A DNA stretch of 64,000 nucleotides from Amoebophrya sp. A120 (Eukaryota; Protista; Dinoflagellata), in the NCBI GenBank assembly GCA_905178155.1, contig CAJINV010000010.1, forward strand, positions 1,378,094 to 1,442,093. The letters run 5' to 3'. Within the stretch, counting starts at the first letter, position 1, and each line of letters starts with the position of its first letter. Of this stretch, positions 23,235 through 36,700 are shown piece by piece. The notes under the pieces are model-generated. The model ran no database searches and was not told the origin of the DNA. It saw nothing but the letters and a program-made list of their open reading frames with translations. Position numbers and translations under genes: made by a program.

Positions 23235-26200
23235 TTGATCATTTCACTTCTAGCAGCTATCTTTACGGTCATGAAGGGCGAAACAGATACAACCGGAAGT
23301 GACAGGCCCAGGACATCGGGGGCGCAGCAGGAACAACAGACTCCGTTCACGTCAACGTCCTTTGCACATGCTGTTCCGATGTGCCTCGATCCGACGGGCC
23401 ACGGCCGCGCGACGGGTGCGCTGTCCCCCTGTGTTGAGCAGGAACAACTACAGCGGCCAAGACCATCAGTACTACAGCATGTACTAGCGCCGTCGGCCGG
23501 TAATACTGACGGACAACTTGGCAGGGACCAAGAGCTCGTGCCGCCCGCAGGTGATCAAGAACAAAATGAAGAAGCAGACAATATTGACGATATTATCGAC
23601 GAACTCGATAGAAGTGGCTCGGAGGTGGAAAGTGGAGACCCCTTGGACTACCTCCCGCTGGATAACTTGTTTGACGACACGTCGGCCATCGTGAATCAGA
23701 TGCAGCAATACCATTACGACTCGAGCGCCGCGATTACCCCGACCGTGGATTTGGGGTTTTATGGCGTCCGCTTTCCGCCGGTGCAGATTCCGGACTTTGG
23801 CGATCAGGGCCTGTCGAATATGGAATCCGATGTGGACATATCAACGGAAAAATGAAGTCTTTCCACGTACAATAAACGGTCTAGTGGTTGCTGCACTTCT
23901 TCACAATCACAGATTGCAGCTATGCTTAGCGCGCCTGCTCCTGCCGCTATGCAATACAAATTTGTTTACTAGGGTGATGTACGACCACTTAGTTTCTGCA
24001 TGCATCACGAAAATGAATTCCATTTATACGGCGTGTAGCTACATCACTTTTTCCTGTCTTATAAGGCTCCGAAGCGGAGCGCCAGGTTTTGGACCCACAC
24101 CCGTCTTCCCCTTCTTCTATCACAGGAAAAAGTGTTCACGTTAACGGAATTTGTGATGCAGCGATGCATCACAAAACGTGTCAGAGTTTGTCATGCATAA
24201 CATGCATATTAGACTACATTTGTGATGCATGACCGTAATCTGTGAAAACCGTTCACGTTAAAACGTTTTCTTGTGATATCTTCTCTCACTGACTCACCAT
24301 CTCCCCTTAGCGAGGGCGACGAAAGTGCCGTGCAGGTTTCGGTCGCCGTGCAGCAGAGAAGTCCCGCTGGTGTCAGAGGTTCTTCTACAACCTCCCACAG
24401 GAGTCACAACACGCCTCATGATCATCTCCGCGAGCAGCCGCTTGAGGACCCGACGAGAACCAGTCAGCGGAACTTTTTGGTTCCAGGAAACACGTTTCTG
24501 TCGTTGGCCACTGAACAAGGGAGATGGGGCATTTTACGGACCGAAAATCGATTTCAAGGTATCATGACAATTTGTTCGTCTTTGTTCTACAAGTGTTTTT
24601 GGTTTTCTTCTTACGCGGCTGCATGACAGAAGCATAGCCCGCTGCTCATTCCGGCGTCAGCCTCAGCACCAGAACGAAGATGAGTTGTAGCCTCAGCAAT
24701 GATGCAATTTTACGATTGTGAATTCCTATTTTTACCTCAGGTCAAAGACGCGATCGGGCGTCAGCACCAGTGTGCGACGATGCAATTGGATTTCCTCTTC
24801 CCGATGCGGTTCAACCTGCAGTTCCGCACGCAGGCGGACGAACAGAAGGAAGCCGAGGCTGCAAATGCGGAAGGAGAACAAGAAAAGGGAGCAGCTGCAG
24901 CTGCTCCGAAGGAAAACAAGGAGAACAAAAAAGAGAAAAAACAAGCCGCTGCTGCTGCTGCCGCACGTCCGCGGATGATGGACGGAAGAGAAGTGGAAGA
25001 GAAGGAACCGCGAGCGTCTGCTACGTCTGCGGACGGGGGTGCAGCGGCGGAGGCGGGAAAATCTGCGGCGGACAAGGAGAAGGAAAAAGAACAGAGGATG
25101 GAAGCGGTTGGGCTGGAAGGTGTGCTGAAACCCGGTCACGAACGGCCGGTTATGATCCACCGTGCCATTCTGGGGTCCGTGGAGATGATGCAGCTGCAAC
25201 AAGCGACGTCGTGGAGATGTTGCGCTCTATGGTGCGTATCAAAGGAGCAAGTGAATCACTTTCAAAAGAATCATAGGGCCGAAAAAAAAAAAAATTCGGA
25301 GCGTCCCCAACTGCCGTAGCGCCTGCAGCTTTTTTCCCCGCGCCAAACACAGCTGGTCGGTAGATTGCAGTGGGCGAATGCTTGGGAAGGCTGCGACCAA
25401 AGGCCCCAGGCGTCGCATTTTGGTAAGGAGAGGACTGCGAGATGTAGCGCGCAGAAGATGCCATAGAGGATACCCCAAGACCAGCCCCAAAGCACCATAC
25501 CATGGTGCATAATGCTACCCCGCATGGTGCTACTGGCGCATTATTCTTACTCTTTCCTTACTCTACTGTTACCAAGTGGCGGAAGTGGAACAGTGGAGGT
25601 GTAATCACTTGAGATGCTCAGCCTGTTTCAGACGAAAAAAAAGTCAAACCCACTTGATATCTGCTTGGGTGATTTGACGCGAAAAAGACGTCTTTCGGGC
25701 ATCAATTTGATGCCAAAAGTCGCGACTTTTTGCAGGGGTGATTCAAGCAGATACTAAGCGGGACGAGTCAAATGAATCATAGGGCTAACTGATAGCTACA
25801 AAACGCAAGGTGATTACACCTCTTTTTTTGCTTCGAAAAAGATGAACTTTTGGCAAAAATTGACCTTTTTTCAGAAAATGCGACACCCTCGAGACGCTAC
25901 GCCCGACGGTATGGAGGTGTAATCACTTCAGTTTTGTGGTGCCGCTTTTCCTATCTTTAGCAATGGGCTTTTGCTTGGTATTTTGGGTTGTGAATGCTTC
26001 CCCCGAGTTGTTTGCGAGCTATTCAGGCGCGATGGCCCCAGCATCCACCTATGGCCATTGCGTTCGTCCCCCGTAGCCACCAACCAAATAGCGCAAACCT
26101 TATCGAGAAAGGCGCGACTTTCCTGAGAAGCGTCGCTGTGTCTCAGGTTACTTGGTTGCATATGTTGGGCGCTACCTTATGCGTGCGAGCCTGGCCATGC

Positions 26201-28313
26201 ACTGCGGTACTTGGAAAAATTTTTTTTTCCGTATGGTGATTCATTTGTACTGTGATTCATTTGCCCCTGTGATAGTTGCAGATGCAGCTCCAACAAGCGA
26301 CGTCGTGGAGATGTTGCGCTCTCTGGTGCGGGGAAACGATTTTGTGCATGGGTACGATGATCGTGAAGAGGACGAGGGTGATCGTGTTTTTGTCGACGAC
26401 AACAGCAAGAAAAACACAGCTTCGAGTCATCAGCAGCGTCCTCTCAAGTCGTCGTGTGGTCCTCGCAGCTGCACCGAGATGAAGGGTCTTCTGAAAAATA
26501 AATCTTCAGGAATGAGAACACCGCCCGGCGAGGTGGACTACAACAAGAAGCAACAAGATTCATCTGCCACTACTTATCCGAGAACAGGTGCCGGCGGAAC
26601 ATCAACCAGCCAAGGGGGCCTTGTGTCTTTTCTGCAAAAGGAGGCCGTTGGGGTAAAAACAAGTGAGCACGGCATGAAGATCTCAGGCCAAACCAGTGGA
26701 CGAGGTGAGCAACCGCAAGAGCAGTTCTTTTTGTTCCATCACGAAGATGAACGTCGGTCTTTGACCAAATGTTCTTTTTCCTCTCTCACTTCATCTTGTT
26801 CTGCTCACGGACTAAATATGAAGGCAGATGATGAAATCAACGGTGCAGCTGGCTCTTGTTACAAACGTACCACTACGCAGAGTACCACCGCTACGCTACC
26901 GGGTGGCATCGATGAGGAAGGGCGTTCGTTCTCTTGGTCGTCCTCGGATCTTTCCCCTTCGCGGCCTCTGACTGGTGGATTTTCACCTTCCCTGAGTTCT
27001 GCTCGCCAGGGTCTGGAGCATAATCGCGGCAGTACTGCGGTTGGTGAAATAGGAGTAGTCAAGGGCAACGACCAGAACCAGCCGAGTGGTGGTCGAGCGC
27101 TTGTTCTGTCTCCACCAAGAATACGCAATGCAGTTATGTCATCTTGGTCTGGAGGAAGATTGCGAGGTTTGTCATGCATGTTTTGAATGATCCATGATGT
27201 CTGTGATGTTGCATGAGCCGGAATCACATATTAGCTGAAGGCTTTGTGATGCCACCTCTTCCGCATGAGAAATGACCTCGCCGCGTAGCGTCAACTGGAG
27301 TTTTCTTGCTGGTCATGCAATACAAGTTTTTTTAGCATCCAGAGGCAGCATCACAAGTTTGGAATCTTCCAAACGACCCAGACGTAGTTGCATTTGATAA
27401 CTAACTCGAGGAGCTCCTCAACTTCCGGGAAGTAGTACTAGTAGAAGAAGAACTTCGACGCATCGTGACTATGTGCTTCTCCTACCTGACGACCATGCCC
27501 TCTTGCGCTCGACACGGAACGGCAGCGCGCTGATACTAAACGACCGTCAACTACTACAACAGGAACAGAATGATCTCCTCGTTCAAAATGTCGTGACAGC
27601 AGAAGCCGGACCGGCTCCTCCTGTAGAAGTTTCGACGGCCGTTATCGTCGTTACGATTATCCACAGAAAAAAACCCATCCCCATCCAATTTGTTTATGCA
27701 AAACACGTTGTATCAAGTGATGAGTTTGTCATGCAAAAAATGGATGTGGATGGTTTTTTTTCTGTGGATAACGATTATGCTCCTTTCATTACTTCTCTCC
27801 GTTTGCGTCGGGGTGCTGTTCTTCTGCCGCAAAGCGTGCATATTTCGTAGCGCCGGGCGTAGTCGTGGCTCCGGAGGTGCGCAAAAGGTAAAGGGAATAA
27901 GAAACGACCACGTTGAAAATAAAGCGTCAACGTCACGGATTTTTAAATCATCGGTGATGATGAAGGAAGAAGACCAAAAGAACATCAACGTTGTAAATAA
28001 AAATCGCCGAACTACAACGTCCATCACAACAAGTATGCGGAGGAGCGGTGCGACAGCTGGTGCAGCTCTGTCCAGAAGATTCTCAAAGCCACTTTTGCTC
28101 GCACCAGCTGATGCGCCACCGCCGAAAAGAAGTGTGGTGAATCTTGTTCGCGACGATCGAAAAACAACGTGCGATGCGGATGCGGCCGCTTGTTCCCCTT
28201 GCTCCCCTGCTCTCGAGGAGATTCAGACGGAGGATGAGGGCGAATATCTACCTCGTGCTCTTACTTTCGGGGCGCTGGGAAGACGGACCCACAACGATAG
28301 CGACGTCGTGTGA
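23235..28313 (+). CDS. Gene 3: chimeric low-complexity membrane protein (hydrophobic N-terminal segment, C-terminal TM helix)
   Basis: Exons 23235-23838, 24069-24117, 24284-24558, 24741-25236, 26331-27121, 27405-27657 and 27776-28313 join without stops. The TM helix AVIVVTI|MLLSLLLSVCVGVLFFC forms only after removing 27658-27775. The start codon is uncertain. Confidence 0.6.
23839..24063. mobile_element. Degenerate TIR intron-like element
   Basis: TATCAACGGAAAAATGAAGT versus the reverse complement of the right end TATAAGACAGGAAAAAGTGATGT. The TSD has decayed (GGACA/AGGCT), but +5 removal restores the frame. Confidence 0.6.
24118..24278. mobile_element. TIR intron-like element
   Basis: TATCACA.GAAAA ends, TSD TCTTC/TCTTC. 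Confidence 0.9.
24505..25184 (+). pseudogene. Threonyl-tRNA synthetase catalytic-domain fragment (two partial exons plus GT-AG intron 24559-24740), embedded in gene 3
   Basis: WPLNKGDGAFYGPKIDFK|VKDAIGRQHQCATMQLDF..RFNL...RPVMIHRAILGSVE are hallmark ThrRS motifs. Similarity stops abruptly on both sides, and no other ThrRS exons are in the window. Confidence 0.85.
25237..26274. mobile_element. 1038-bp TAT..ATA TIR element flanked by a 50-bp direct duplication (25187-25236 and 26281-26330)
   Basis: TIR TATCAAAGGAGCAAGTGAATCAC versus TATCACAGGGGCAAATGAATCAC. Many internal GTGATT(C/A)/(G/T)AATCAC motifs. The duplication has 2 mismatches. Confidence 0.85.
27122..27399. mobile_element. TIR intron-like element, family H (diverged, TAC start)
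   Basis: Core homologous to 62439-62698; TSD AAGAA/ACTAA; +5 removal restores the frame. Confidence 0.75.
27658..27770. mobile_element. TIR intron-like element, family F
   Basis: TATCCACAGAAAAAAA.CCATCC.CATCCA ends, TSD ACGAT/ACGAT. Confidence 0.95.
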
Positions 28314-30787
28314 GGAGCAGCAGCCAGAGATTCTGGAAGAAGCATTTCTGATGTGACAAGAAATGTAATTAGAATTATGTAATCTTTATTCCAGCTCTAT
28401 TTTTCCATTCGCGTACACCGCTGGAGATAAAAGAGCAGTTAGCTGCCACAAGGACGACCAGCAAGGTCAGAATAATTTTGACCATAATTGACCTTAGCCA
28501 CAAGGAGTACCAAGGTTCGACCAGTTTTGATCAGTGGACTTCCCTAATATGTGCTCTCTTTTGCGCTTTTTTCTTATCAATAAATTACGGGTAGTGTTTC
28601 TGATTATGATTTCGACACACCTTTATTTTCTTTTCGTAAAACTTTCGATCTGTAGTGTTGGCAGTGCAAACATGGCAGAACAATAGCTATAACATCTTTA
28701 TTTTAGGAATTAGGCCCTTCGGAAGTTACGCGAGAAGCAACGACTGCCACCTTTACCTTTAGAGCAAGTCACAAAATCGAGCGCTCCGCATCTACCGCAC
28801 GCTTATCGCACTCACTGGCGAGAGGTCAGTCGAAGCATGCAGGTGATGATGCCGGGGCGTTGTCTTCTGATTTTGTGACTTTATTTTGCAAGAAAAAACA
28901 ACACGAAAACATCTAGAGATAACCAAACTTCTTCGACATTATACATAAGAAACTTTTAATTAAAAGAAGATATTTCAATTTGATAGTGGGGGAAATAGAT
29001 TGAGTTGACATCATTTTTTTCTTTCAAGTCGCATGTACCTGTACGATTAAGGCACGTAACATAGGTGTGTTATCGAAAAATTGCCGCTTTGTCATTCTCA
29101 GAGCACCTGCAAGATCTTTTGAAAAAAAAGATTTGCGCTCTTCTCTTCCGGTCCATGAGGGCCTGGGCTATATCCCGATGGTGTGGCTCACTGGTCTAGT
29201 GATTTTTAACGTCTTTTAATATCTCGTATTTTTACAACTCATTCTACATTCTTCTTCAAATTTAATTATTTCAATGCTATGCTATTTTCACTAAGGAACG
29301 AGGCACGAATCTTCAATATTGTGGTCGCAACGTATGTCGATCATTCTTCTCCCTCCGTCTGGTGGGGAAAATGGCTTATGGGCTTTGGTTTTCCCTTCGG
29401 TGGAGTTTTTTTTTGGTTTGCTTTATACTTACGAGATTTGAACTATTTATTTTTCACAGGAGATGCAAGCATATTATCGAAGACCATAGTATTGGTAGTG
29501 TGGTTTCATTTATCAACTTCTTTTTCGTGCTTCTGATCTCCGCCCTTTGGCTCTCCGGGTGATTTCATAGTCAATCATATTATATTGCTGCACATTCCTC
29601 GATTTTTTTTTTTGTGTTTGGTCACTTTGTCGTGTATCTCAGGAATTTTTCTTTTCAATATGTATGCATTTGCCATAGTTGTTCCGTCTACTTTTTTCGC
29701 CCTCATGCTCAGACTCAACCCGAGGTGGATTCTCTGTGGTTAAGTAGTGTGGCCTGTCGCGAGTTCTCTTCATGCCGGGCGTTTGAAGAATGTGTGGACC
29801 GAACAAGTAGACGCTTCAGATGGACTCTTGTAGTTGCCTACGTTAGTTTGACTTTGTGACGCAAAAGAAACGCCTTGTTCAGTTTGAAGATGTGAAAATG
29901 AGAACATGAAGATGTAGATGATGAAGCTGTGTAAACCTAAACATGAAAGTACTTTTTACACACGACGCCCCTACGTCGTCTTGTTGTTAGTACCTGTGTA
30001 GATGTGCTGCCTACTTAGCTATTTTCCCGTCCTATAAGAAGAACTTCCTCTCGCACACTATTTGTCTCATCCGGAGGGAAAATGGAAATTCTTCCGACTA
30101 GTTTTATTTTTTCTTTCTGTTTAAAACAAACGATTACTGCAGCCGTACGGGTTATTTCACTTTATTCCACCTTTTTCGCTTTTATTATCGACTTGGTGCA
30201 GAGATTGGGTTTTTTCCGATTCTGGTAGTTACGTCTGACAAAAGCAAAAAACAAAAACTTGATAAAGGTACAATTACAACTATGACTTTTTTTAGGAGCA
30301 AACAGCTCGTCAAAGACATTTCTTTCATAGATGAATTTCTTGGAAAAACAACATAATGGAATAGCGGGCTATTGAATTGTCTTGTCTGTGCTTGACGCCA
30401 GACGAAGTGCGGACCTGTTCAAGGGACGTGTGCTGGGACACAGTAAACGCGTGGATGTAGAATGTTTTGGGGTCTTTATTTTCGTTTTTTCTTTGTGCTT
30501 CATGATGAAATTCTTTTTCATGACTTGTTGTCTTGTTTTGTGCTGCGGTGAGTTTCTCTCGTCCGGTTTTTGGTTGGTTTCGCTTTTTGTCTGTTGCTTC
30601 TTTTCTACTTACTCGGATGCACTTACTCGGATGCGATGACGATGAGAGAGTCAGTAGGTGTTCTCCCAAGATCCCGTGGTTGAAGATCGGAGGTATGCTT
30701 CAGCTTATCTGAGATACGAATATTGACCAGGAGCGACTCTCGCACCAGCAATGTCAATGTTGGGCCGATGTTGACAAGAAAAGAACC

Positions 30788-33700
30788 ATGTTGAAAAACC
30801 TCGTTCGTCTGTGGCGTGCCTCGGACCACGCAGGCCTCACATCAGATACAGGAGACAGAAGACTGAGACAACCGCCATACGAGCCTGGTGTAGTTCCTGC
30901 TAGTACAACAACTTTTCGCGACAGAAGTGGTGAAAAAGCCACAAGCAGTAGTAGTGCAGACGATGTAGAAGCGGGGCTGGTAGAATCACAGCCGGTTTTC
31001 CCCCCACGACGACCTCCCTATTCTACGGTCCCGGAACACGCACTTTTGGACCAGTCCACTGGAACGCCTTCGTCTACTGCTGAGTCTGAACCTTCCCTGC
31101 CGTCGCTTGCATGGGGGGCTCGTGACGATGAACTACAAGGAAGCATATTAAACTACTCAAGCGGGAGCGGCAAACAAGACGAACCGCTGATAGTACGAGG
31201 GCAGCTGTCGACTCAGGAAGAGCTCGACGTGCCACCGCTTCCAAAAATCCTAGTTGGAGATCAGGGCCGCGGGGGAAAGCAGCGCAGTACGCAAGAACTA
31301 CAGAGAAACCTTGCGGACGAACCTTCAAAACCGCCAGTAATTCCACCCGGATCTGGATCTTCCCGGACTGCCCGCTCGTTGGAACGGGAAGAACTACTGC
31401 TGGAGGAAGAGAGGATTAGGAACAATGGGCCAGCTTATCATGTCGGCGACGACGTGCGTGAGGAACTGGACGAACAAGAAAAGAATCAGGATTACTACCT
31501 GCAAGAACCACAACCAGATCCGATCATCAACATCGACCACTACTCCAAGCTTTTCCAGGATGAAAAGCAAGTCGTCAGAGAACTTCGGAACGAACTCTGG
31601 CTCCACGACAAGGACGAGCCGTTTATGAAGTACAAAAGTCAAGGTTTCCAAGAAAAAGTCCACGATCCGGGAGGTGATAGAACAATTACAGATCATGGCG
31701 GGGTACAACTAGAGCAGGGGGCCGCAGGTTTATCCTCGCCCACCAGTCGGCTGAAGCTGATTAGCGAGGAGGACGAGATGGACCACGACCGGGACCGCCA
31801 GTCATCCAGTACAACTTCCGTGAACAAACATCAAGTGCGGCAGCGCACGGGTATCCAAGTTCACTTGCTGGAGGACGAGGAGCGGCAAATGCGAAACCAA
31901 ACTGACGGAGACGTCGGCGGGGCGGACAATTATACACCCGGCGGAATTGTAAACCGTGGCTCCTACAATGGCAGAACTGCTACTTCTGTGCGAGTAGCAG
32001 GCGGTTTAAGCAGTAGTTCATCTCCCAAAACTACTGCGGGTCCCAACTATCGTCGCGGGAAAGCTTTTGTTCAGAATTTAAACCTGAAAGCCTCGGGTGG
32101 ACAAAAACTCTGGGCCTCGGTGAAGGAGATTGTTTCGAACCAATTTCACTTTTCCCCACCCGTGATTTTCCAGCGAAATATGGACTACTGGCGGTACGAA
32201 TCGAATCCGGTGTATGTTTATGCTTTACAAAACTATCGTACTAGTATAAATCGCATGACAAATTTTCTCAGTATGAGAGATAAAATCTGTAATGCAGATT
32301 TGACTTGAGAAAGAAATTTGTAATGCATGAATACGATTACTACTAGTACGATAATTTTGCACAGGATAATGTTCTCATGCCGGACGAGAGCTACATGCCG
32401 TTGTGGCGGGTCGGGGCCGGGTATGACGGTGCACAACTACTCCTCCTCCTGTCCCTCATTTGTCATGCAAAAAACCAAGTCCGCGTCGTCCTTTTAAGTA
32501 CTGTCTGCATGGCAAATTTTCGATTTGGGGCCTCAAAGACTACCTGTCCTTGTGCAGATTTGTGATGCGAAAGGCACACTCCGCGCGTCGCTTGTGTTGC
32601 TGTTCATGCAATACAAATAAGGGGGAAGGGCAGTTGTGTACTCTCATATCGGAATTCCCGGCTTCTGGAAGGACGATATGCTTATGTGGGACAGTTCCTC
32701 CACTTTGGAAGCCGCCGCGAACAACATCAATCGTCACTTTTTCTCCTCGAGCTGGGCGATGGAAAATCTGAACAGCGTTTCCAGCACCGACACCTACTCG
32801 AAGTCCTTTTTCAAGTGCCGAATTGCCTTTTGCGAGTATTGGCGCCACCGAGGGTTCCACGAGTGCGTGGTATTGCCGATCGAAGGGCAGGAAAGCTACT
32901 GCCCGTTTTCGGTGAGTACGGAAGAAGAGGACATAAATAACGCTGTGGACGATCGAAATTATGACGAGAAGACGAGTGGGAGTGCAGCAACACGTTCGAC
33001 AGCAGCGGCTACGGGCTCATCTCCTGCTAGTACACGACCTCGACCAGCAAGTAGAACAAAAGACGAAGTCAACACTCTAAGCACCGACATCGACACGATC
33101 CGGGCGAAAGCGGTGGCGAGCGCGCGAAAAGTCTGGATCAAAGACATGTGTCCCAATATCGCCCCCGCGCAAAGCAGGCCGAAGCCGAAGAGCACAAAAG
33201 CTATGAGCAGTGCTGTGGTTGGTGGAAGTCGAACATCTTCGCAAGAACTACCAGGGACAGAAGCAAATGCTGCTAGTAGTGCCGCTGCTTCCAGAACACC
33301 ATCAAAGACACGACAACTACACCATGAGCATCCGCACACAACTGGTACAACGCAGTTCCGCAACTACGACCCGCGACCCGACATCCGCGGGAAACTTTTC
33401 TGCGAGCAGGATACGGGCGAAACTTGCTACGACGACGGTTTCTTCGGCGCTAAAGCGATGCATTTACCGAGCCGGTGTCTGTGGTTCCACGCGAAATGTC
33501 GGAATAACAGATGTGTGTGTCCGAGTAACAAGTGCTTTGTACACGGGCGGTGCGTGGACGTGAACGTAAAGGGAAATCAGGAACGAGGAGGAGGCCGGAG
33601 TAAGACAACTCGCAGTGGCAATTACGGTGGCCGCTCAGTTGTATCAACGAATAGAGGGGGCACGAACGCGCAAAACTTAGCTGCAGTCGTGGCACCACAT

Positions 33701-36700
33701 ACTACTCGTTCCTCCTCCCCCTCTGCATTCACGCTCGACCGAAAGAACCCTGGAACGGAAGTGTGCTTGAATAGCAGCACCGCACCGTCTTGCAAAGTGG
33801 GCTCCTGGAAGGGTTTCGTTTACCGAAATAGACTGCACTTGACAGTCCTGCGCCCGGTGGTGGACATTTTCTCACCTCCTGGTGGGAAAAACACGCGGTC
33901 ACTAGCTTCTTCGACGGCACACAAGGAGAAGAAAAAACATAGTCGGGACGAAACGAAGATAAGGAACAAGCATGGGGAGCAACACCGTTTTATGAAAAGG
34001 CTGCCAGATTCCGCGTTCGACGTGATATGGAAGCGTCAGGATCGAAATCGTCAAAGTTGAAGTAGTTTGCGATGCATAAAATGCAACGCAGAAATTGCCT
34101 CTATTGCAGAGGACGCAAGGGATGCAGATTGTAAGCCTGTTTAGGGGCAGAAATTGAGCTGCTAAAGTAGCATGACAAAAGGCGTCTTCCGTGCCCAAAC
34201 AGCATTACAAACTGGATTTGAGTTCTACCCAAATTTGTCATGCGCCGCTTGAAAACTAGGCGCCAACTGGTATCCGTTTTATGCATCACGAACCATTTCA
34301 ACTCTGACGATTTCGATCCTGACACTGACTCCCATACGTGATCGAATGCGAGTACAACCTTTTCCAATGCGACATCAACAAATGGTATCCACAGTAAATT
34401 TCCCGCACACGTACAAATGCGGTCTCTGCATGACAAAACTTGGCTCCTATCCTAGTTTAGCATGACAAGTTTTACGCTCCAAATTGGTGAAATTTGTGAT
34501 GCATCTTGTACATGTGCGGGAGATTTGTCTTGCATAAATGGAAGGGGTTTCTCCACGACACAGGAATCATCTGCGACTACACGTTTTCGCGCGCTAGGAG
34601 ACTTGCGGAAGGGGTAGATCCGGAGAAAGCAATTGATACCACCGGCCACGACACTTTGAATGTCATCGCAGAAGATTCTGACAGTAAAACCCCCGTCGCG
34701 GCAGAGCCGCCGTTCGACATCCGCCGGGCGTGTCCGGATATCAAGATGAAAGACAAATCACTACTTCAGAACGCACAGGTCGTTGTTGAGGATATTAAGG
34801 AGGAAATTCAGGACTTTGCCGAGGAAGTGGAGGGCGCTTGGGAGAACGTAGTGGAGCTATGCAATGCAAATGCGCTACATCTACTACAATCCGCATATAC
34901 AAATGTTGGCAAGTGATGTTGTTGAAAAAATGAGGCTGCATTTTGTAATGTTTTGTGAGGTAAAAGGATGGAATTTGTATATGCAGTATTGCAATTACAA
35001 CAATACAAGCGCAGCTTTTGCAGTGGATAGGCGCAAACGCGTACTCACATCGTCCAGCCGATCCACTCAATGCCCGGGAACACACTCAGGCTGCTGGGAA
35101 ACCCGCAAAACAAGTTGAACCACCTGTACCGGTACAACGCTGGCAGTGGGAAACTCGAAGAGACGGATGAGAGTTTGATAGGAACAAGTCAGGGCAGCAG
35201 TACAAGTTCAGCTGTGTTGTCCGGAGGAGGTTTGTCATCTGAAAGGAGGTCTGGCACGGTTCAGCCAACTGCGTCGAACAGCTTGATCAATAAATCGTCC
35301 AGCCGGAACAGCATGCTGTCCTCCCCGTCGTTAGCAGATGTCGTTCTGGAGGTCAGCGCGAGGTCAAAGGCAACCAAAATCACGTTTGATGAGGGCCGCG
35401 GGGACGGTGGGAGCGAACTGAATGCTGATGCACCAAATCGAAAGCAACAAACTACATCGCAAGGCCTCCGCGGCGCACTGGAGAACACAAATGAAGACCA
35501 GGCCTCCTCTTCTTCGACAACCGCTTCTGTGACACCGTACCCAATCGAGATACAACTCATCCATGACTACCGTGCTCGGTCAAACTTCAAAGATTCTAAC
35601 GAACCGGAGGCCCCGAAGCCCAAGTACAACAAAGTTTTCCTCTCTTTCGGGCTGGATTGGGGCTACGGACAGGCACAGGGGATCAAATCCTGGGGCGCGG
35701 GCGGCCCGGCCAGAACCGTTTATGACACTTGCAGCATATCAAAAGTAAAAATGTCTGGGTCTGGAAAAGTGTAGACTTGTCATGCAGATTTTCCATGAGC
35801 CATGAGGTCGGGAATGCGGGACTTAGCATGACAGACTCTGCGAGGTCTCTGCCATGCCTATCCTGCATGAGAAACCCCCCTCCAACTTGGTCAAAATTGT
35901 ACAGCTTTTGGCACTCATGCAACACAGATTTTCGCATGCTTCAGATTTACCATGACAAGTTGGAATCTTCCAGACCCAGACATTTTTACATTTGATACAG
36001 CAAGCAGAAGTGCGACTGGCACTGTTTGAAAGATAACAGCTGCAGCTTCAAGTGCTGCGAGAACGATTTGTTCCGCCAGGTGGAGTTTCTACGGGTGGAA
36101 GGCACAAACGTATGCAATACAAATTTCCCGTACATGTACAAAATACATCGCAAATTTCACCAATTTGGAGCGTTGTATGTAAAACTTGTCATGCTATAAT
36201 GGGGATGGAAGCCAAGTTTTGTCATGCAGAGACCGCATTTGTACGTGTACGGGAAATTTCCTGTGGATAAAACGAGTACGAAACCTACGAAATCGTGTGC
36301 CGGGGCGCGGGCTACATAGACCCCATGGTGGAATTTGACGGCGCACTGTCTCAGTACAAGCAGAAGTGGCAGAACGAGGTGCTAACGATTTTGAAATTGT
36401 GCACGATCCCGGGCGTTTCCGCCTTGGCGGCGAAAGTCGGATTGATCATCACGCCCTGGGTCTGGTTCGCGGTTGGCATCGTCTGGTCCTTCTCTGACTG
36501 GGTCTTAGCGCACCGCCAGCAGGACAAGTTTCACGTATCCTGTGCAAAAGTATCGCACTCGTATTGCAGTCACGCATTACAAATTTTTTTCTTCAGGTAA
36601 ATCAGCATTACAATATTTTTATTTCTCATGCTGAGGAAATTTGTAATGCATTTGTTTTGTATGAGTACGCGTGCGATACTTTTGCAATGCATATCACGAG

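Noticed and set aside
24505-25319. Functional full-length ThrRS gene
   Set aside because: Only part of the catalytic domain is present; the N-terminal and anticodon-binding regions are absent, and the ThrRS frame stops inside the adjacent element.
2123-26274. Autonomous transposase in the three large elements
   Set aside because: No long ORF or DDE/HUH/tyrosine-recombinase motif is visible, so the superfamily cannot be assigned from this window.
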